Assembly: GCA_018649885.1 (NCBI GenBank)
Contig: JABIHA010000041.1
Span: 1-53,764 of the forward strand
DNA: 53,764 bases
Origin: Bacteriovoracaceae bacterium
GTDB lineage: Bacteria > Bdellovibrionota > Bacteriovoracia > Bacteriovoracales > Bacteriovoracaceae
Reading direction: 5' to 3'
Positions 48,190-53,764 of the stretch are shown here, piece by piece. Every line of letters starts with the position of its first letter. Position 1 is the stretch's first letter. Under the pieces are notes generated by a model that worked only from the letters and a program-made list of their open reading frames with translations, did not search any database and was not told the origin of the DNA. A program made the translations under genes and the position numbers.

Positions 48190-50273
48190 TCACAGTTTGT
48201 CTTTTCATAGGGGCAATGTTTTTCAGTACCTCTCGCGCTGATCAAGGCCTTTCGGCCAAAAATATCTTTAATCAGGGACTGGACTCTCCTTCTACACTAA
48301 CTTATTGCAATGGAGCACTTTGGGCCTACTCAGTTGGCACTGGAATGGTGACAAAGCTTGAAGCTACCACAGGGAAAATTCTTAAAAGCCTAGGTGTTTC
48401 AATTATCATAAAAAAAAAGGTTGCAGATTTTGAGGTGGTCTCACTGGCCTGCTTTAATGACCAACTACTTCTAGGTGGAATCATTTTTAACAGTGAGAAA
48501 ATAAGGATCACCAACGCTTTATATAGTTATTCACCAAAACAAGGTTTTATAGCAAAGAATATTCCTGAGTCTGACACTCACTTAAGAGATATCAACTGCG
48601 GGAAAAAGAAATGCACTGTTATTCAAGGTGAAGTTCATATATCTGAGGATTTAGACAATTGGTCACGGCTCAAAGTTCCAGCCTCCTCAAAAATTACCAA
48701 CAAAAAAAGCCGGCCCGATATAAACCCCTTTGCCGACTGGCAGGATAAGTTTGTCCTCGGCAGTGGACGCTATATCAGAGGAAGCTTCGCTGGAGCTGAT
48801 CAACTCTTTTTGCTGGACTCTTTAAGAGCTTCCATCGTGTCAGTAAATGGTGTTCAAAAATACTTAGATGGGGCCGGGGCACTTAACAAATGGGGCAAAT
48901 GGGGTGGTTGGGAAGGGCAGCTGATGTTCCCAAAGGCCATATCATATATCAAAAAATATGATGTGCTCGCCGTTTCAGATGTGGCCTTAAAATTTGTCTT
49001 TATTTATACAAAGCAAGGTGATTATATTGGAAAGTTGGGAAGTGATGCTGATAATGTGCCCTACCGTTATCCTCTGGATTTAGAAGTCCACGCTGATACA
49101 ATTTTTATAGCTGATTTTCAAAATAACGCCGTTATTGCCACTCAAATTACCAGTGTAAATAAACAATTTGAAATTGATCGCGAAGATATTGATGCCCTAC
49201 TTCACCAAAATCTTTTTAAGAGAAGTGACATAAGAGAAGATCTGGTGAAAACCAGATGCCTCAACTGTCACGATGGCCTAGAAAAATACAGCCTTAGAAA
49301 ATTCATTGAACATCCCCAGTTATACAACCACCCAAGAGACGCTGAAGTCAGTGGTGAAATTGATCTGCCCTTAAAAAAGAAAAAAATGAATTGCAATACC
49401 TGTCACGACCAGCACCACGAAAGCATTGAGGGTATTTCATTTGATCCCAAGGGCGTCCAGAGAAAGGTGGCACCCATTCGCTATAACTTACGAAAAGAAT
49501 ATTCTAAGCTTTGTCTCACTTGTCATACTGACAAGGCCCAAAATTTTAACAATCACTTTGACTTGAATATGGACTTCAAAAAATCTAAGTCTACTAAAGA
49601 AAAAGGCCTGCGAGTGGTCTCTTGCTCACAGTGCCACTCGATGCATGCAGCTAAGGAAAAGCTCAATAAGATGAGAGATCCAAAGCTTTGCCTTAACTGT
49701 CATAAGGATCACTATAAACCAAAGTCACACTCTTTTGGTGTTGTGAAAGACAAGCTTGTTAATTGTTTTTCTTGCCACAACATCCACGGTGGCAAAAAAG
49801 AGTTTAGCTTCGCTCGCATGGGTAAAAACGGAAAAGAAAATGCCTGCAGTAATTGTCACCAAGACCTAGTCGCCAAGATTGGCTCCAATAAACACCTTTC
49901 AGTAAAAAAGAAGAAAAAACCTGTTATGGGGAAGTATGACTGGCCAAAGAATGAGGGGATTTGCTTAGACTGTCACAGGCCCCATAAAAAAGGCATCAGC
50001 ATAGAAAAAACCTGCGCCTCGTGCCACAAAAAGAAAATTCAAATCCACCAACCTCTTAACCCTGTGGCCAATACCTATAGAGCTGAAGGAATAAGACTTA
50101 ACGGTACAAAGGTTGTTTGTACCACTTGCCATCAGCACCACGGTTTAAGTAGCGAGAAAAAGTTCCTTAAACCCAAAGAAAGTCTTTTAATTTTTTGTTC
50201 CAGTTGCCATGGAGAAAAGACATTAAAGCTCTTTGATCATTATCACAGGGAAATAAAAAGGGCCGGGAAATGA
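48153..50273 (+). CDS. NHL/beta-propeller domain fused to an 11-heme cytochrome c
   Basis: WG..GQLMFPKAI..AVSD and YRYPLDLEV..IFIADFQN NHL-like repeats; 11 CXXCH, several in paired CXXCHxxH...CXXCH arrangement. Confidence 0.9.
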   Translation: MCKLSHKSRIPIVTVCLFIGAMFFSTSRADQGLSAKNIFNQGLDSPSTLTYCNGALWAYSVGTGMVTKLEATTGKILKSLGVSIIIKKKVADFEVVSLACFNDQLLLGGIIFNSEKIRITNALYSYSPKQGFIAKNIPESDTHLRDINCGKKKCTVIQGEVHISEDLDNWSRLKVPASSKITNKKSRPDINPFADWQDKFVLGSGRYIRGSFAGADQLFLLDSLRASIVSVNGVQKYLDGAGALNKWGKWGGWEGQLMFPKAISYIKKYDVLAVSDVALKFVFIYTKQGDYIGKLGSDADNVPYRYPLDLEVHADTIFIADFQNNAVIATQITSVNKQFEIDREDIDALLHQNLFKRSDIREDLVKTRCLNCHDGLEKYSLRKFIEHPQLYNHPRDAEVSGEIDLPLKKKKMNCNTCHDQHHESIEGISFDPKGVQRKVAPIRYNLRKEYSKLCLTCHTDKAQNFNNHFDLNMDFKKSKSTKEKGLRVVSCSQCHSMHAAKEKLNKMRDPKLCLNCHKDHYKPKSHSFGVVKDKLVNCFSCHNIHGGKKEFSFARMGKNGKENACSNCHQDLVAKIGSNKHLSVKKKKKPVMGKYDWPKNEGICLDCHRPHKKGISIEKTCASCHKKKIQIHQPLNPVANTYRAEGIRLNGTKVVCTTCHQHHGLSSEKKFLKPKESLLIFCSSCHGEKTLKLFDHYHREIKRAGK

Positions 50274-50416
50274 TTGATTTGAAAACTATTTTAGAGAAAA
50301 AAAGAAATCGAATCATCATAAGAGTTGCTGGAGTTATCATTGGTTTTTTAGGAAGCGCATTTATCATTTTCCAAGTGCTCTTTCTCTACCGGGTTCTCCC
50401 CCATGGAGGACTATAG
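50270..50416 (+). CDS. 48-aa single-TM microprotein (not in the ORF track)
   Basis: ATGA overlap upstream and stop abutting the next GTG; MIDLKTILEKKRNRIIIRVAGVIIGFLGSAFIIFQVLFLYRVLPHGGL. Confidence 0.7.
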   Translation: MIDLKTILEKKRNRIIIRVAGVIIGFLGSAFIIFQVLFLYRVLPHGGL

Positions 50417-51148
50417 GTGAAGAAGCTTTGGAAGAAATTTCTCCCCCTTCTATCATTTATGATTCCCTCTTTAATTGGAGGCGGACTTGTTGGGATCTAT
50501 CCCGGCTATAAAGTCTACGAGTATGTGTGGAAAGACGCCGCTTTTTGTACCTCGTGCCACGTTCACGACTACGCCACTGTTGGCTGGGAAAATAGCTCCC
50601 ATCAAAGACTGACCACCTGCCATGATTGTCATCACCAACCCCTACACGAATATGTTAGAGAGATGGTTGTGCTTCTTACAAAGAATCCTAAATTCCCAAA
50701 AGACTTAGACCATATCCCCTATATTCCAGATGATTTATGTCAAGCCTGCCATATTAGTAATCACCAGGACCTCTCCACTGTAACTGGACCTCTGGATAAG
50801 GAAGATATTGATAAATTGCACAAAGTTGATAAAACAAAAATGCATCAACTCCACTTCCAACACAAAACTAAATTGAAGCTTCTGGGAGAATTTAAAATAA
50901 AAAAGATTGACCGTATGGGAGATGTTGCGATCATACCGAGTAATGAAGAAGGTAAAGAAAGACCCATAACCTGTAGTGACTGTCATGGAGGTCCAAGTAA
51001 CAGGGCCCACAACTTCAGTGCCACTGATAGTGCCTGTGTCAGGTGTCACCAAGATGAGCATAAGAAAAAAATTGGTAAAGAATTCGGATGTCGAAACTGT
51101 CACTTTCAAGATTTCATGATTCCTACCAGTAAAAACCCCACAAAATAA
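50417..51148 (+). CDS. NapC/NirT-like membrane-anchored hexaheme cytochrome c
   Basis: N-terminal TM, then FCTSCH..W..SSH...CHDCH as in NapC/NrfH; 6 CXXCH. Confidence 0.85.
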   Translation: MKKLWKKFLPLLSFMIPSLIGGGLVGIYPGYKVYEYVWKDAAFCTSCHVHDYATVGWENSSHQRLTTCHDCHHQPLHEYVREMVVLLTKNPKFPKDLDHIPYIPDDLCQACHISNHQDLSTVTGPLDKEDIDKLHKVDKTKMHQLHFQHKTKLKLLGEFKIKKIDRMGDVAIIPSNEEGKERPITCSDCHGGPSNRAHNFSATDSACVRCHQDEHKKKIGKEFGCRNCHFQDFMIPTSKNPTK

Positions 51149-51261
51149 CCTTAAGTGTCTAATATTATGTCTAATTTACCCCCTTTTCCCTTCAAAAGTT
51201 TTCTTAAGAACTTCCTCTAAACACCCGAAGATTTGTTAGGTCTTACTAAAAAGTTGAGTAA

Positions 51262-52158
51262 ATGCGAACACTACTGCCGACTACCATTATTTTTCTGATC
51301 CTTATTGGCGCTTGTACCAAGCCCAATTTTGAGGAAAATAATGAAGTAGGCACGGGTAGTAACCCAAATACTGAAGCTCTGGTAGGCATTTATCCCCACA
51401 CAAATGAGTTCCTAGGCACGCCCCTTCATGGTGAAATTTACCAAAAAGATAAGAAAAACTGCACGGTATGCCACGGTGAATCCCTTCAAGGGGGGGAGTC
51501 AAAAATCTCATGCGCTAATTGTCATGATGGATTTCCCCATAGCGAAAATTTTATTAATACCAGCGCCCATGGGAGAGAATACTTTGAAAGTAAAGAGTCT
51601 TGCCAAAAATGCCATAAACCCCAAGGTGAAGGGAATTTAAGCATCTCTAAAACTTGCAACAATTGCCACTTCTTCCCACACTCCTCTACTTGGTTTCAGG
51701 GGAAAAAACACGGTAAAAAATTTCTGGAAGGGCAAAAGGGTAAAGGGCCAAAGGTCGGCTGCCTTGATTGTCATGCCCAAAAACATTCTTTCGAGGACGA
51801 AAAACACAAAGACCGCTATGTTACCTGTAACCGCTGCCACATAAATATGCCTCATAGAAAGGGCTTTGAATATTCCCATGGTAAAGAGGCCAGAAGTTAT
51901 GCTGGCAATTGCACCCTTTGCCACAAAGATATGAAAGAGCATCTGCCTCATTACAAAAAAGACTGTGAAACGTGTGTACAGGGCTGTAGAAAATGCCATG
52001 GGGATAGAGAAATTCAAATGCAGTGGAAAGATAAAGATGATGTTTCAAACTACTTACCTAGTGGCCCAAAACTAGAACATCTCTATCTCAATAAAGGATC
52101 AGGCAAAAGAGTTCCAGCTGCCATTAAGAAATACAAAAACCCACTTCACGATTTCTAA
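51262..52158 (+). CDS. Octaheme cytochrome c lipoprotein
   Basis: Lipobox LIGAC; 8 CXXCH; repeated PH.....HG units. Confidence 0.9.
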   Translation: MRTLLPTTIIFLILIGACTKPNFEENNEVGTGSNPNTEALVGIYPHTNEFLGTPLHGEIYQKDKKNCTVCHGESLQGGESKISCANCHDGFPHSENFINTSAHGREYFESKESCQKCHKPQGEGNLSISKTCNNCHFFPHSSTWFQGKKHGKKFLEGQKGKGPKVGCLDCHAQKHSFEDEKHKDRYVTCNRCHINMPHRKGFEYSHGKEARSYAGNCTLCHKDMKEHLPHYKKDCETCVQGCRKCHGDREIQMQWKDKDDVSNYLPSGPKLEHLYLNKGSGKRVPAAIKKYKNPLHDF

Positions 52159-52270
52159 ATAAAGATGACCTTAGGTATATGATTTCTTTATAACAAATAT
52201 CACTTTAATAAATTTTTGTTACTTCCAATCAGCTGGTAGATTTCTCTCATAAAACAACCAGGAGAACACC

Positions 52271-53044
52271 ATGCTACTTACTACCGCACTTACTCTCTTA
52301 TTTTCAATGACCAGTTTTGCCTCTGTAATTCAAACTAAGGCCATATTAAAAAACCCAGAAAGCACTACCATAATTAATAAGCAAATATTTGTTACAAATA
52401 TTGGTGAGAAAAACTGGAAGAAAAAAGATGGTGACGGCTTTATCTCAAAGTTCAACTTAGACGGAAAGGTAGAAAAGCTTAAATTCACTACAGGCCTTAA
52501 CGACCCAAAGGGTATTTTCCCCTTTAAAAATAGTCTTATTGTAACCGACATTAGCGAAGTTGTTGTCATAAACAGTATCTCAGGCAAAATCATCAAGAAA
52601 ATTCCAAATGGTGCCAGTTTTTTAAATGATATTTTCGTAACAGATCAAGGGCTTGCACTTGTGACGGATACCTATGACGGGAAAATCTACTCTGTGAATC
52701 TTGAGACTGAAGAAGTTAAAAGCATACTCACAAGTATGGAAGAGGCTCCCAATGGCATCTATCAAAAGCAAGGGTTTTTATATATAGGCTCTTGGGCCAA
52801 TGCGATCTCATCGCCAAGCCTAGGCAACCTAGACGGTGTTGAGCCTTACAAAGAAAATTCGTGGCTCATTAGTGATAAGACAGCTGGTGCTATTTATATT
52901 TTTGATGAACTCAGTGGCAAGCACCAAACAATTGACCACACTTTTACCGATGTTGCAGACATACACTATAGCAAAAAACACGGCATTTTGGTGGCGCCAT
53001 TAATGACCTCAGGAGAACTTGTTATCTATCCACTACCTCAATAA
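52271..53044 (+). CDS. Periplasmic SMP-30/gluconolactonase-like beta-propeller
   Basis: PES, DGDGFISK, GLNDPKG, FLND, PNG, LDG motifs; signal peptide. Confidence 0.8.
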   Translation: MLLTTALTLLFSMTSFASVIQTKAILKNPESTTIINKQIFVTNIGEKNWKKKDGDGFISKFNLDGKVEKLKFTTGLNDPKGIFPFKNSLIVTDISEVVVINSISGKIIKKIPNGASFLNDIFVTDQGLALVTDTYDGKIYSVNLETEEVKSILTSMEEAPNGIYQKQGFLYIGSWANAISSPSLGNLDGVEPYKENSWLISDKTAGAIYIFDELSGKHQTIDHTFTDVADIHYSKKHGILVAPLMTSGELVIYPLPQ

Positions 53045-53268
53045 TTCAATAGAGGTTTCTATAAAAATAAAATGCTCTAGATTACCTATAGGAACCTCTT
53101 TACACAATTTGCCAAGTGATAAAACTCACCTGGAGAATTGAGAAAAAGCATATTTAAATTATGACCCATATCACTTATGATGCTCTTCTATCTTAGTTTA
53201 GAAACTGTTTTTAAAAACCACGAATGTAGATAGCAAATAACAAAAAAAGAATCAACGAAGGGATAGTG

Positions 53269-53764
53269 ATGACTCTGCAGAAAAAGACTACCAAGAAAAA
53301 AGTGGCAAAGAAGAAGGCCACAACTAAAAAGGTAGCAAAGAAAAAAGCTACAACAAAAAAAGTAGTAAAGAAGAAGGCTACAGCTAAAAAGGCCACAAAG
53401 AAAAAAGTAGTAAAAAAGAAAGCTACAGCAAAAAAGGCCACAAAGAAAAAAGTAGCAAAAAAGAAAGCTACAGCTAAAAAGGCCACAAAGAAAAAAGTAG
53501 CAAAGAAGAAAACTACAGCTAAAAAGGCCACAAAGAAAAAAGCAACAGCTAAAAAGGCTTCAAAGAAAAAGGTAGCGAAGAAGAAAGCTGCCAAGAAAAA
53601 GCTTGAAAAAAAGAAAGCGGCAAAGAAGAAAGCCGATAAGAAAAAACTAGCTCAAAAGAAAGCTGCCAAGAAGAAAGCCGATAAGAAAAAATCAGCACAA
53701 AAGAAAGCTGCCAAGAAGAAAGCCGATAAGAAAAAATCAGCACAAAAGAAAGCTGCCAAGAAGA
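53269..53764 (+). CDS. Histone H1/Hc2-like Lys/Ala-rich repeat protein (3'-partial)
   Basis: ATG 53269 is open to the window end: MTLQKKTTKKKVAKKKATTKKVAKKK..., pentapeptide repeats. Confidence 0.8.
   Translation, partial: MTLQKKTTKKKVAKKKATTKKVAKKKATTKKVVKKKATAKKATKKKVVKKKATAKKATKKKVAKKKATAKKATKKKVAKKKTTAKKATKKKATAKKASKKKVAKKKAAKKKLEKKKAAKKKADKKKLAQKKAAKKKADKKKSAQKKAAKKKADKKKSAQKKAAKK

Noticed and set aside
53211..53743. Phe-rich minus-strand ORFs
   Set aside because: Antisense reading of the Lys-rich H1-like gene.

Overview
AT-rich bacterial chromosomal window. The many signal-peptide hypotheticals, the SWIB, RRM and H1-like proteins and the TPR-wHTH regulator suggest a Bdellovibrionota/Bacteriovoracaceae-like genome; this is inference, not proven. 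Main modules: (1) a divergent iorAB / tetR-bcrC-bcrB-2x activator ATPase-small Cys protein locus, i.e. a class I benzoyl-CoA-reductase-like system. It has a clear promoter, a palindromic operator, a probable ATT start for tetR and a 106-bp ERIC-like hairpin in the iorA leader. (2) A run of secreted enzymes, including an adjacent exported tandem BdiUng-like DNA glycosylase and exported NADAR N-glycosidase, plus S8 and C13-like proteases and a CotH-like kinase. (3) Regulatory and housekeeping accessory genes, including a dienelactone hydrolase pseudogene. (4) A ~9-kb cluster of nine c-type cytochromes (48 CXXCH motifs by hand count) with a beta-barrel porin candidate and a NapC/NirT-type membrane cytochrome, resembling a complete trans-envelope electron conduit. 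(5) A truncated histone-H1-like Lys-rich protein at the right end. No rRNA, tRNA, CRISPR or intact transposase was recognised. All family assignments come from motif recognition, not database searches.
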